Source: Candidatus Moraniibacteriota bacterium
GTDB taxonomy: Bacteria > Patescibacteriota > Minisyncoccia > Moranbacterales > UBA2206
NCBI GenBank assembly: GCA_049303795.1
Contig: JBAQNM010000008.1
Location: 18,288-82,287 of the forward strand
DNA length: 64,000 nt
Direction of reading: 5' to 3'
Both the position numbers and the translations under genes were made by a program. Shown here one piece after another: positions 1 through 10,300 of this stretch. The notes under the pieces were generated by a model. That model searched no databases and was not told the DNA's origin. It was given only the letters and a program-made list of their open reading frames with translations. Within the stretch, counting starts at the first letter, position 1, and each line of letters begins with the position of its first letter.

Positions 1-478
1 AAATAAGTAAATCGCCAACATTCATAGCTGAGTAATTACTGAAAAGCACTATTCCAGCTGCAAAAAGCATTAGCATCGCGCCAAAAAAATGAGAAAAAGA
101 GACTGGTTCTTTTTTAGCAATCCAGCCTATTACTATAAAACTAAAGGCTGCTTCGGTTATACTGATAAGCGCTACATTTTGTGGAGAAGTAAAACTAAGA
201 GAGAGATAATAAAAAAGATAGTAAACAATGGCAATAAGTAGCACTGCTATGGCAATATCTTTTACAGCTTTGGTGTTGGTAATGTTTTTCTTCCATTCTT
301 TTTTTATCGTCAAAAGAATCGCAAAAAAAATAGTTGCAACGATATAGCTATAAGCAAGAGTGCTTAAAGGCGAAAGATGATTTGCATAAGCGACGATAGT
401 TAGGACAGGAAATAAACCAGAAAAAATATTCTTTAAAAGCAAAATTCCATCAGTTAGTTTTTTTTCGGAAATAATCAT
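1..478 (-). CDS. Membrane protein, N-terminal part (possibly DMT/EamA-like transporter); C-terminus lies beyond the window
   Basis: Reverse-strand ATG at 476-478 opens an uninterrupted hydrophobic ORF to position 1 (MIISEKKLTDGILLLKNIFSGLFPVLTIVAYANHLSPLS...); multiple predicted TM helices; family is a guess. Confidence 0.4.
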   Translation of the reverse strand, partial: MIISEKKLTDGILLLKNIFSGLFPVLTIVAYANHLSPLSTLAYSYIVATIFFAILLTIKKEWKKNITNTKAVKDIAIAVLLIAIVYYLFYYLSLSFTSPQNVALISITEAAFSFIVIGWIAKKEPVSFSHFFGAMLMLFAAGIVLFSNYSAMNVGDLLI

Positions 479-517
479 AAGTTTAATTATTTAATGAATA
501 ATGAATTTAGTGTTTAA

Positions 518-1606
518 TTAATAGCTCTTATAACTATGCTTTTTAAAATCCATCTTCGCTTTTTTGATAAACTTTCCAAACTGACGATCTTTTTCTTTTT
601 TTTCAAGTTTAGTCATCTTGTAATGTTTTGTTTCTTTTTTCAAATTAACAAAATTAGAATATTTATCCCTATCTAACTCGCCGGATTTTAATGCCAACAA
701 AACTTCACAACCAGGCTCATGAACATGTGTGCAATTAACAAACTTACATTTTTTAGACAAGCTCGTTATTTCATCAAATAAATTATCGACACCACTATTG
801 GCATCCGTCATCCCCACTTCTCGCACGCCTGGGTTATCGATAACAATGCCACCCTGCTCCAAAAAATACATTTCTCTCGCAGTCGTCACGTGTTTTCCCC
901 TGCCTGAACATAATCCGATTTCACCGGTTTCTATTTCACTTTTTCCAAGCAAGCGATTAATGAGAGAAGATTTTCCAACACCAGAAGAACCCAAAAAGCA
1001 ATATGTTTTCCCTTTGGTAATATATTTTTCTAGTTCGTCCAACCTACTATCAGTCAAAGTGCTGGTCACAAGAACATCGATATTTTTAAACCGGTCTTTT
1101 ATTTGATCGAGTTTCGAGGATAATTCTTCTTCGGAAATTAAGTCTATTTTGTTTAATATTATCGCCGGCTTGACCCCACCATCACTTGCCATGGCAAAAT
1201 ATCTTTCATATCGATTCAAATTATAATCCCTGCCTACCGCTTCAATAATAAACACCACATCAATATTTGTTGCTATAATTTGGGTTTCATCCTTGCCACT
1301 ATATTTTCTTTGCATAATGGTCCTTCTCGGCAATACACTCTGAATCGTTGCTTTGCCTTCTTCCAAATTGGAGATCGCCACCCAATCACCAACAGCCGGA
1401 TAATCCTCTCTGGATTTTGCTTTCCAAATCTGTTTGCCCATTATTTTTGCCGAACATTCACCTTGAGCGTTTTTCACCCGATAACCTCCTCTCAGCTCGG
1501 CAATTACTCGAGCAATTTGAAAAAGCTCCAATCCGAGCTTTGCCCGGCTAGCTTCAAAAAATTCATCGTAACCCAAATCTTCAATTTTTATTATTTCTTC
1601 AGGCAT
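518..1606 (-). CDS. rsgA: Ribosome small-subunit-dependent GTPase A (circularly permuted GTPase RsgA/YjeQ)
   Basis: G4 LNKIDL precedes G1 GSSGVGKSS (permuted order); OB-fold N-terminus; C-terminal zinc motif CTHVHEPGC. Confidence 0.85.
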   Translation of the reverse strand: MPEEIIKIEDLGYDEFFEASRAKLGLELFQIARVIAELRGGYRVKNAQGECSAKIMGKQIWKAKSREDYPAVGDWVAISNLEEGKATIQSVLPRRTIMQRKYSGKDETQIIATNIDVVFIIEAVGRDYNLNRYERYFAMASDGGVKPAIILNKIDLISEEELSSKLDQIKDRFKNIDVLVTSTLTDSRLDELEKYITKGKTYCFLGSSGVGKSSLINRLLGKSEIETGEIGLCSGRGKHVTTAREMYFLEQGGIVIDNPGVREVGMTDANSGVDNLFDEITSLSKKCKFVNCTHVHEPGCEVLLALKSGELDRDKYSNFVNLKKETKHYKMTKLEKKEKDRQFGKFIKKAKMDFKKHSYKSY

Positions 1607-1754
1607 GTTCGTATTGTAGCATTGAAAAATTAATTATTGTAGTAATTTATTTAAAAAACCACCACCAAAATTAATCTGATAACGGTTAAGGTTTATTTAT
1701 AAAATGTTAAGTTTAGTCAAATACAGAGAAAAATTAATTTACATTTGTGATTTG

Positions 1755-4700
1755 CTAAACTGAGGCAGTTTTTGCTTGCAAAGCAAAATGTTTAGTCAAA
1801 TCATAAAGTAAGCTTACAAAATTTTCTGTAAAATCATTTTCTCCGGAAATAATGTGCGCTATCTCATGAAGCGAGGTACTGGCCAATTCACGCCCATTCT
1901 TCTCTAATAATAATCCTTCGTTAAAAATAACTTTTTCTTGTTTAACTTGACCAAAGAGAGTAGATTCAATAGGAATAACCGCAAGGCTTTGATCTCTTTG
2001 CTCAATTTTTTCAGCATCATTCCATTTTCTTATTTCTTTTTTTGCTTTTTTTATATGATACGGCATTTGATCAGCGCCATATTCATTTTCAATATCATCA
2101 ATAACCCCTGAAAAAACTTTTGCGCTTTCAGCCACCACTTTGCTTAGCATTTTTTTTGTTTCCGCCGGTAGTGGAAGCTCTTCTGCTTCCATTTTATTTA
2201 TAAAACCTTCAACTGTTGGTAACATCGTCGCAAAAATATTATAATTCTCGCTAGAGACATCCAGCAACTTTTTCCTGTCAACATACATCATATTCATTTG
2301 AATATATCTAGCCTTTTCCGCCACTTCAATACTTTGCTGTTTTTCTTGTTCATTATAAAACTGAGTCGGATACCCATATTCATCAAATTCAAAATTAAGA
2401 TCCGTTCGCAATTTTTCTGAAGAATAAACTAAAAAATCCGGCCAAATCTTTTGAGCCACTTCTGCCCAAACAGCTGTCGCGCATTCATCTTTGCCTATGC
2501 TATAACCGATTTTCAAATCTCTAGTAACTTCACCTTTGGCTGCTATTGATTTTCTTAATATCTCCTCAATTATCAAAGGGTTGGTAATATGCGAAATGAT
2601 ATGTCTACTATAATAAGCTAAGCGAGCAGTATCATATGAATTTCGCTCACGAGTAGTCACAATCTCAGGAACATCATATCCAAAAGACATTAGACGCCCT
2701 GATTCTGCATTAGGATTAATTCTTAATCCATTTTCATAGACAGCCCCTGGCTCATCTAAAAGAATTGATATACTACCTATCTTATATTCTCTTTCTGAAT
2801 TGGGTTTGCGTAATTGCCGTACAAAACGAGCTAAACCGCCATTATTATAAGAATCTTTTTTACGAGGATCGATAATCGATACCCATTCAGACCATTGTTT
2901 AATCTCTTTCTCTGATGCCTTTTCTGACATTCTTAATGTAGAAAATGATCCTACTGCAGATGAATTTTTAAGAGCCGAGATATCAAAAGCAACCAACTGC
3001 TTTTCCACTTCCTTTCCATCTAGAATTACTTGTCGAACCTCACTTACTGCCTGCGCCCTCCAGCCTACCTTCTTTCCATCATTTTCAAAAACAGATTGAT
3101 ACTCAAGATCAAGACCGCTGCGCAAGGCTGCTGCTGCAATCATTTTTTGTCCTTCACCATATTTTCCAGCGAATAAAGGACTTTTTTTGCTACTTGCACC
3201 CATAGTACTAATTTCAGAAGGTGCATATCCATCACCATTATCAGAAACTTTCAAGCCAACGATTTTATCACTAACATTCATCTCATCGCTCGTTATCCAA
3301 ATCTTATTCTCATCCCGCTTCACCTCAAGCATCAATGACACACCTCCCAGCCCAACAGAAGCATCGACATGATTTTGAATTATATCTTGAAAAATTCTAA
3401 CAGGATTATCCCACTCATCTTTTCCGTATTCTATAGGTATTGCAGTGGCAAAAACTCCCTCAATAATTTCATTATTTCCCTTTTCAGCGCTACCTTTTGG
3501 AAAATATTGATATGCTTCCAGTTGCTCTTGAATATAATCGAAAGTAGTTTTGTTGTATTCATTTCTAAACAAGACTATTCCTCCTGGATTCACAGCAATT
3601 TTTCTTGGATTATTAGAATAATCATCAAATTTAACTTCATACTCCCCTATTTTCAGAAAATTATTCCCATCATTTATTATATATTCTTTCTTCTTGCCTT
3701 CACCACGAGAAAGCACTGCGCCTTCTGCCATAGTAGCTGCCACAAAAAAACGTCCGTCGGTAAGTTCATATACTGCATTCCCCTTCCATTCAAAAATTTT
3801 ATTTTCTTTTGATAATTTCAATTCCTGCCAATCATTAATCCCTTTATTATAAAAATGCAAACTATTGTCAGAAACAAAAACACGATCCATCAACACTCTT
3901 TTTGCTCTATTTTGATCAAAATAAGCATTGTCTTGAAGTATATGTCTAGCTTCCGCAAAGCTAAGATTGGAGGATAACGTCTTTCTGTACAATTCATACG
4001 CCAACTTCTTTTTATTTGTTCTAGTTTCAATATTATCAGAAAGAGCCTCTAGCAATCTGATCACAACTTCAGTATTTTTTGTATAATTAAATGAACTCGG
4101 AATTGATCTAAGCAATGGAGAATCTTCAGGAATGAGACGTGTAATTAGCGAATCAATAAAGTATTGCGATTTCTTGAGATATTCCACATCACTTACACTA
4201 AATTCTTCATCAAAATAAGCGTCTCTTGAATCGTTTTGATTATCATCATCAAAATCATCATTATAATCATCATAATTATCCTGCTTGTCCATTGCAGTTT
4301 TATCACCATAAGCCGACAAAAGACACAATTCGATTTGGCGTTGTAACAATGCCTGCTCATCATAACCTTCCCCAGGGTCAATTATTTCATAAGGATCAAT
4401 TATAAGATTGTTGCCTTTTATTCGCATAGCTTTTCTTTCGGTCATATAAATATCACCATATTCATCTTCCCCGTTTTCATTAGAATTAAATGACATGGAA
4501 AAATTTTGCAAAGGAATACCGCTAACAGTGATGACGGAATTCAAAGATTGGACAGCAGAGGAAAAAACTTGGCGTATAGCCCGCTCCTTTCCCCCTTCAA
4601 CAAATTCATTCTTTGGCCTATCCATTTCCTTAGAGCTAAACTCCGATCTAATTTCTTTTAATGATACAACCTTATAATTACCAGGTATTCTTTTAGCAAA

Positions 4701-6260
4701 TTCGGAAATACTATATGATGAAACATCGCCGGCTATAATTTCTATTCTATATCTTCCACATTCCTCTGCATAATTAATATATTTACCCCAACCCCTTTCC
4801 TTATCATCATAATCTTTACCGGATAATATTAAAGTAGGAACATTTTCTTCCAATACAAGCTCCGCTATCATTGTTTCATCGATAATTTTTTGGATTCTTT
4901 CTGCTATTATATTTTTTTCATCCTCCTTATTTTTAACATCTCTTGACAAGATGCTTTCAAAATATATTAGCTCAGGTGCACCTCTTTTTCCTCCTTTTGA
5001 TTCATCACCTATAACATCTCGCACAAGTCTTTTTATAAGTTCCGGATTATCATTATTCTCCCAAAAAGATCTTATCCTTGAAATTATATCGTCCTTTATT
5101 TCATTCCGATCTCTTCCTCCAATAATGCTGGAATCTAAAATATTATAAGAATACCATGGATTGCCATAGCCAAATGATTCGGTTGCAAGTTCCACCCTAA
5201 GCCCTTGCACATATTGCACATCGCTTTTGCTGATCATATTTATTCCAGCCAAATTTTTTTCGGTAATAGGCATTGGATAAGCAAATTCTTCCGAATTAAA
5301 TTCTAAGATATTTCTAGAGAGACCATCATACCTTGGATCAATATTTTCTAACATTTTCTGTCGAAAGTCCTTGTTAGCTTTTTGCAATGAAATAATGGTA
5401 GTTGATCCAGTTTCTTCAATTTCATTTTTTTCAATTTCCACACCTTCAGAAACTAGTTTTCCATTTACTAATTTTGCTCTTGCTTGCCATAAGCGTTTCC
5501 GCTCTCCCTCGTTTGATTGAAAAGAATATTGCGAACGCATTTTCATTTGTGCACCATGACGCAAAAGATGAAGCTCGCTCATTTTTGCACCTTCACCAAA
5601 TTTCCCACGTAAATGTTTCTTCCCCGTTTTACTGGATATATATAAAGCTGAAAGTTGCGAATCATACCCCGGACCACGATCAACAATTTTCATTCCATCA
5701 ATTCTATAAATTTTCCTTCCCAGAAATGACTCTTGATATAGAGGCTCATCTCTCAGCGTCTCATATGGGATCCAACCTAATGGCTTATTTGTTTCAGTGT
5801 TGGTTATCTCATAGGACACCCGTGGAATTTGCATAGACGATTCTTTTGCCTGTTCCATAAATAACGCCACATCAAAAACTCCATCCTTCACAATTCCCTC
5901 CTTAAGTGGCAACTCTGCTGATATCTTTTGCAGATGTTTTTCAGAAATAGCTCGAGCTTCTGGAGTCATATCTTTGGCATGATTTGCAAACATATAACTC
6001 ATATAAAGGAAATCGCTAATTTTCTCCATTGCATCATCTCCTTGTTTTTCTAATTGTTCTTCATCAAAAATAAGCGAAGAAATTTTTTTATAATACCTAG
6101 CCGTTTCTGCATCAAGATGGTTCTGCATTAAATCCCTCACTGTCTGAGCAGTGGTCCAAGTTTTTTCTCCATATTCAACATTAGTTTTCGCCTCATGCGA
6201 TATTAGTCTGGCTTGATAAGCGTCTTCATTATTTCCCCGTGATTTCCATTCCATTGACAT
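1755..6260 (-). CDS. Giant (1501 aa) cytoplasmic protein with two GHKL/Hsp90-like ATPase modules and a C-terminal HExxH motif
   Basis: Module 1: LMQNHLDAE (N-box), DRGPGYD (G1), GKFGEGAKM (G2). Module 2: IIQNHVDAS, DNGDGYA, GKYGEGQKM. Acidic low-complexity linker (DDYNDDFDDDNQND); HEIAHII near C-terminus; no signal peptide. Confidence 0.6.
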   Translation of the reverse strand: MSMEWKSRGNNEDAYQARLISHEAKTNVEYGEKTWTTAQTVRDLMQNHLDAETARYYKKISSLIFDEEQLEKQGDDAMEKISDFLYMSYMFANHAKDMTPEARAISEKHLQKISAELPLKEGIVKDGVFDVALFMEQAKESSMQIPRVSYEITNTETNKPLGWIPYETLRDEPLYQESFLGRKIYRIDGMKIVDRGPGYDSQLSALYISSKTGKKHLRGKFGEGAKMSELHLLRHGAQMKMRSQYSFQSNEGERKRLWQARAKLVNGKLVSEGVEIEKNEIEETGSTTIISLQKANKDFRQKMLENIDPRYDGLSRNILEFNSEEFAYPMPITEKNLAGINMISKSDVQYVQGLRVELATESFGYGNPWYSYNILDSSIIGGRDRNEIKDDIISRIRSFWENNDNPELIKRLVRDVIGDESKGGKRGAPELIYFESILSRDVKNKEDEKNIIAERIQKIIDETMIAELVLEENVPTLILSGKDYDDKERGWGKYINYAEECGRYRIEIIAGDVSSYSISEFAKRIPGNYKVVSLKEIRSEFSSKEMDRPKNEFVEGGKERAIRQVFSSAVQSLNSVITVSGIPLQNFSMSFNSNENGEDEYGDIYMTERKAMRIKGNNLIIDPYEIIDPGEGYDEQALLQRQIELCLLSAYGDKTAMDKQDNYDDYNDDFDDDNQNDSRDAYFDEEFSVSDVEYLKKSQYFIDSLITRLIPEDSPLLRSIPSSFNYTKNTEVVIRLLEALSDNIETRTNKKKLAYELYRKTLSSNLSFAEARHILQDNAYFDQNRAKRVLMDRVFVSDNSLHFYNKGINDWQELKLSKENKIFEWKGNAVYELTDGRFFVAATMAEGAVLSRGEGKKKEYIINDGNNFLKIGEYEVKFDDYSNNPRKIAVNPGGIVLFRNEYNKTTFDYIQEQLEAYQYFPKGSAEKGNNEIIEGVFATAIPIEYGKDEWDNPVRIFQDIIQNHVDASVGLGGVSLMLEVKRDENKIWITSDEMNVSDKIVGLKVSDNGDGYAPSEISTMGASSKKSPLFAGKYGEGQKMIAAAALRSGLDLEYQSVFENDGKKVGWRAQAVSEVRQVILDGKEVEKQLVAFDISALKNSSAVGSFSTLRMSEKASEKEIKQWSEWVSIIDPRKKDSYNNGGLARFVRQLRKPNSEREYKIGSISILLDEPGAVYENGLRINPNAESGRLMSFGYDVPEIVTTRERNSYDTARLAYYSRHIISHITNPLIIEEILRKSIAAKGEVTRDLKIGYSIGKDECATAVWAEVAQKIWPDFLVYSSEKLRTDLNFEFDEYGYPTQFYNEQEKQQSIEVAEKARYIQMNMMYVDRKKLLDVSSENYNIFATMLPTVEGFINKMEAEELPLPAETKKMLSKVVAESAKVFSGVIDDIENEYGADQMPYHIKKAKKEIRKWNDAEKIEQRDQSLAVIPIESTLFGQVKQEKVIFNEGLLLEKNGRELASTSLHEIAHIISGENDFTENFVSLLYDLTKHFALQAKTASV

Positions 6261-6442
6261 ATAACAAAAATATCTGCAATTAAGTGTTTATTTATAATAC
6301 CATTTTAAAACTAATTCAAATGCAAGTCAAAAATTAATCCATCATTAAGAAAGCTGTAAATCAATAGTGAGTGCCACTAAAGCAAATAAAAAGAGCCTGC
6401 AAGATTTCCCTTCTTGAACAGGCTTTGTGAAAAAACAATGTT

Positions 6443-7141
6443 TCAGATTATTTTTGATTTAAAAAGAGCGGCCCATATTTTTGGGCCAGAAATAAGATAT
6501 GCCACATCAAATCTTTTATCCCTTGCCTGGCCTATGGCTAGCCCGACTAAGATTCCAGCATCATCAAATACCCCAGCACCGGAGAAGCCTTTTTCAATAG
6601 ACATTTCCACGGCTATGACCTCTGCGTTGTTTGGCAATTTCCAGACGTCTATTATGCGGCCCCTTGCTAATTTATAACTGTTATCTGAAATATGTCTATA
6701 AGTAAACACGGGTTTTCCGATTAGCAGGTTTTCATCCATTTCCATGCGAGTATCTACGCTTTTATCACTCATTTCGACTGATAAAAACGCCAAGTCCTCT
6801 GAACTATCGACGTAAATTACATCCGCCTTGATTTTTTTATGAGTAATAGAGTCACCATCCAACGGCATCACCGTAATAAACGAAGCGTCTTGAATGATAT
6901 GTTTCGCTGTTGCAAGGATACATCTGCCATTTTTCTTCATCAATATTACTGCCATGCCACGCTCAACGCGTAGAACACTGCCCCTTCTTGATTCTGCGAT
7001 GACAAAATAGGACATTTTTTTAGCATACGCGATTGCTTTTTCATCCGAATAATACGGACTTAGAGTCGACATTGGCACACTTGCGCATGATGCATTCGAG
7101 AAACACACTACGACCAAAAAAATACTCGCGATTATTCTCAT
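6443..7141 (-). CDS. Secreted trypsin-like (S1/chymotrypsin-fold) serine protease
   Basis: Signal peptide MRIIASIFLVVVCFSNASCA after RBS GGGAGGAAG; His-region LATAKHI, GFSGAGVFDDAGILVGLAIG (catalytic Ser region typical of S1/Deg-type proteases). Start trimmed from the 302-aa track ORF to the SD-preceded Met. Confidence 0.5.
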   Translation of the reverse strand: MRIIASIFLVVVCFSNASCASVPMSTLSPYYSDEKAIAYAKKMSYFVIAESRRGSVLRVERGMAVILMKKNGRCILATAKHIIQDASFITVMPLDGDSITHKKIKADVIYVDSSEDLAFLSVEMSDKSVDTRMEMDENLLIGKPVFTYRHISDNSYKLARGRIIDVWKLPNNAEVIAVEMSIEKGFSGAGVFDDAGILVGLAIGQARDKRFDVAYLISGPKIWAALFKSKII

Positions 7142-7356
7142 TTCTTCCTCCCTGGTTAAGAATTCTTTTTTTATCCAATTGTTAAAAAACATTACTTTTT
7201 TATGACTAAACAGTATAACATAAAAAAATAATCCGTCAAGCATATCTAAAAAATAGGACTTTAGATAAAGCCTAAAAATATTAAGCTCACTTATTAATCC
7301 AGCTTTTGCAACTAGCTTAATAAAAATATCAGCTTTATTTAATAAAAACAAAACAA

Positions 7357-7968
7357 TTACAATCTTGAAATTTCCTCGAAAGCCTCGTCCATTTTTTTCA
7401 GATAATGACTCACATTATCCGAATCATAAAAACTCAGCCCATGTTTTTTTAGCGTATCCTCGTGAGGCGACAATCCAATATCACACACCACTAGTCCTCT
7501 TTCAGGCTCCACTAAAATATTTATTGAATTAAAAATTGATTGATCTGAAGGATTGCCGACAATATCCGGATAAAGTTTCCGCTCTTTAACACACATAAAA
7601 AAATCATCAATGAGTTTTTTCAAGAAAGCTAAATCATGCTTATTCTTTTTTAGAAATTCAACAAATTTTAATTTTCCTATTTGCTTGACTGATGGCGCAT
7701 TAATTTTTTTCTGTTTTATGCAAATATACACCTCTCCTTCATAGATACATTCGGATAAAAAAGACTCGGCTATTTTTTCTGGAAAATCCCTACATATTTC
7801 TTGAAGCTTCAAATAATCCTTTTTAGCTCGCTCAAGACTGTTACGTTTATTTATTTTAAAAACATAACCATCTTTTTCAAAAACAAGACTACTTATCCCC
7901 TTTTCACAATCCATCAAATAAAAACCATTCTCTTTGGATATTTCTAATTTTTTATCCATAAATTTCAT
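7357..7968 (-). CDS. Hypothetical protein (possibly kinase-like fold)
   Basis: 203-aa ORF, 17-nt overlap with the upstream gene; no confident family. Confidence 0.35.
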   Translation of the reverse strand: MKFMDKKLEISKENGFYLMDCEKGISSLVFEKDGYVFKINKRNSLERAKKDYLKLQEICRDFPEKIAESFLSECIYEGEVYICIKQKKINAPSVKQIGKLKFVEFLKKNKHDLAFLKKLIDDFFMCVKERKLYPDIVGNPSDQSIFNSINILVEPERGLVVCDIGLSPHEDTLKKHGLSFYDSDNVSHYLKKMDEAFEEISRL

Positions 7969-8731
7969 CCGATTTGATAACTCCCATTTCTTTTAATAAT
8001 ACCTTCATATTATGAACAGAATTTGGAGAAATTTTTTTAATATTATTTTTCAATTCTTTAATCTTATGAAAAATTTCACTATTCGGATTTTCAATGAGCT
8101 TCTTAAATTCATCGGGATAAACATTAGCACTACCGGCCACCAATCCTGCTGTTTTTTTATTTGAGGAATTTATAAATTCAGATTCGCTTCCTTGAAAGAA
8201 TAAAAAATTATCCGAAGAAATTTCTATCAATTGGTTGTTATAATCACTATCCGAAGAACTATCTTTTATACCAATTATTTTAGGATTGGCACTATATTTT
8301 TTAATGATATCCAGATCTAAATTCATACCGCCTTGTATTGCGGGATTGTTATATAGAAGAATAGGAAGATTTGAATGGTTCAGTGCCAATTCTATTTTTT
8401 CAGCTACCTCGCCTTGACCAACCATCGGCGTCAAAACAACCGCAAATGATTTCATTTTATTAGCAACTCCAATTAGTTCCTCTGTTTCTTCCACGGTATC
8501 TGCTGAAACACCAATTAAAATTGATACCTTATCAACAAAAGGAATGCACGCGCTGATAATCATTTTCTTTTCTTCAAGAGATAGTTTCAAGAATTCTCCG
8601 GTTGTTCCTAGGACAAAAATTGCATCAACCCTTCTTTCAATCAAAAAATTCATCAGCTTTTCAAAACTTTCAATATCAAATTGTGAATTTTTTCTAGGGG
8701 TTATAATTGGAACAATCAATCCTTTAAACAT
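7952..8731 (-). CDS. Dihydrodipicolinate synthase (DapA) family protein, short form
   Basis: N-terminal GLIVPIITPRKNSQFDIESFEKLMNFLIERRVDAIFVLGTTGEF matches the DapA/NAL aldolase family opening; 259 aa is shorter than canonical DapA. Confidence 0.55.
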   Translation of the reverse strand: MFKGLIVPIITPRKNSQFDIESFEKLMNFLIERRVDAIFVLGTTGEFLKLSLEEKKMIISACIPFVDKVSILIGVSADTVEETEELIGVANKMKSFAVVLTPMVGQGEVAEKIELALNHSNLPILLYNNPAIQGGMNLDLDIIKKYSANPKIIGIKDSSSDSDYNNQLIEISSDNFLFFQGSESEFINSSNKKTAGLVAGSANVYPDEFKKLIENPNSEIFHKIKELKNNIKKISPNSVHNMKVLLKEMGVIKSDEIYG

Positions 8732-8830
8732 ATTTTAAAAAATCATTATTTACTTTATTTGATTATAGCAGAATGATTAAAATTCATCTAAGATATTGAT
8801 TGTAAAAAAACTAAGTTTTATATCTAATAA

Positions 8831-9427
8831 TTAATGAGAAATAAATGCAAGCTGTCTGCGACGAACAATCAAAAAAATACTAAAAAGCAAGTTTACAAAT
8901 ACCCAAACGACTGGATACAAAAGAGTCAAAACATTGAACGATTGTAACGCAAAAATACTAAGTCCATGCCTGAAAGCTGTTATTTCCCAAGTCAGCAATG
9001 ATTCCTCCTGGGGCTTATTCCAAGATTTTCTTATCGTTGGAGCAAAACCAAAAAATTCAATTGCTGTTAATAAAATCATCGACCAAATAGGCATCTTAGC
9101 AAAAAACCAAAGAATAAGTGCCAGCAAAGAGATAAGAAGAAAAACAATATCTAACAAAGTAATATTCTTTTCGCCATATTTGAGAGAAAGAAAGAAAATA
9201 AAAATACAGATTAGAGCTACTGAGAGCGTAACCCAGGCGCCTACGCCAGCTCCCCCATAAACCTGAAGTGCCCAGATTATAGAACTAGTTAACCCCCAGA
9301 TAAAAAAAGTAAAACTGTGCGGAATAGTTTTTTTTCGCAGTACATCTCTGATATATATCCCATAACCAACGAAAGATAGAGCGACAGCAATAAGACTAAT
9401 AATAATTTTGTAGTTTAATATTTCCAT
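8831..9427 (-). CDS. Integral membrane protein
   Basis: 198 aa, about 6 hydrophobic helices. Confidence 0.4.
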   Translation of the reverse strand: MEILNYKIIISLIAVALSFVGYGIYIRDVLRKKTIPHSFTFFIWGLTSSIIWALQVYGGAGVGAWVTLSVALICIFIFFLSLKYGEKNITLLDIVFLLISLLALILWFFAKMPIWSMILLTAIEFFGFAPTIRKSWNKPQEESLLTWEITAFRHGLSIFALQSFNVLTLLYPVVWVFVNLLFSIFLIVRRRQLAFISH

Positions 9428-9500
9428 TTAAATGCAGTCTTAAATTTTATAAATTAATTATATATTTATCTTACTCTAAATTTAATAAATTTAAAACAGA

Positions 9501-9549
9501 AAACCCACCAACAGCACAGATGGGCTCTCTGTTTTCTATTGGTGGGTTT
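9501..9549 (-). terminator. Hairpin terminator downstream of gene 9553-9870; part of the left copy of the direct repeat
   Basis: aaacccaccaa ... ttggtgggttt, 11-bp stem immediately after the stop codon. Confidence 0.5.
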
Positions 9550-9552
9550 AAA

Positions 9553-9870
9553 TCATTTACGTTTGGTACTAAACTCAAAGGTGGCGTCGTATGTCTCATT
9601 AAATCCGGGGCTATCGTATTTAACTTTCCATCCTGCTGCACGATACGCCGCCTCAACATTAAGCCAGCCTTTTTCAGATATCTCTTTTTCATCCAGGCCC
9701 TTCTTTACCATCAAGACTACCACGTCTTTCTGCTTAATGGTAGCTGAGCCTCCGACAAACTTGCTTGAGATAAGCTCATTAAAGGCTTCAAATACAGCGG
9801 CGGGAAACTCTTGCTTCTTTATTGCTGCTACCTCACTGGGCTTAATAGGTCTAACTTTCTTCGTTGTCAT
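9553..9870 (-). CDS. Small hypothetical protein (105 aa); its 3' end is duplicated at about 20.09-20.16 kb
   Basis: ORF with C-terminus ...GFNETYDATFEFSTKRK; a diverged copy of the last ~20 codons and the terminator recurs at 20022-20144. Confidence 0.4.
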   Translation of the reverse strand: MTTKKVRPIKPSEVAAIKKQEFPAAVFEAFNELISSKFVGGSATIKQKDVVVLMVKKGLDEKEISEKGWLNVEAAYRAAGWKVKYDSPGFNETYDATFEFSTKRK

Positions 9871-9885
9871 AACACGCCTCCTTCC

Positions 9886-10281
9886 TTATTTTTTCATTCT
9901 TTTTTCAGATAGACCAAGCTTCTCAATAATTTTGGTCGCTGCCCGACCAGAATCGCCGATAATATCGGTCATTCGCGGATCGGTAGCAATCAATTTTTCA
10001 AGAGCGGTTTCGTCCTCAACGAAAAAGATTGAATCATGGAACGTGGTAAATCCGTTACCGAAATAAACTTTGTTTCCTTCCACGCGATTAACCTTCTTCT
10101 TCACAAACCCATACACTTTCCCTCTTGGATGAAGTGGGTCCTCATTAATCCAGATGGCATTTCCAGGTTTAAGGTTTCTGATTTCATCCTCGGTGGCCGG
10201 TCGATAATAATTACAAACAGCATAATTATCGTAACCGGTCCATTGATTGTAGGTCAAAACGACAGTGCCAAAGCCTATCAT
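9886..10281 (-). CDS. Hypothetical protein
   Basis: 131-aa ORF co-directional with neighbours; phage-like small-gene context. Confidence 0.35.
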   Translation of the reverse strand: MIGFGTVVLTYNQWTGYDNYAVCNYYRPATEDEIRNLKPGNAIWINEDPLHPRGKVYGFVKKKVNRVEGNKVYFGNGFTTFHDSIFFVEDETALEKLIATDPRMTDIIGDSGRAATKIIEKLGLSEKRMKK

Positions 10282-10300
10282 GTCAGCTTCCTTTCTTTCC

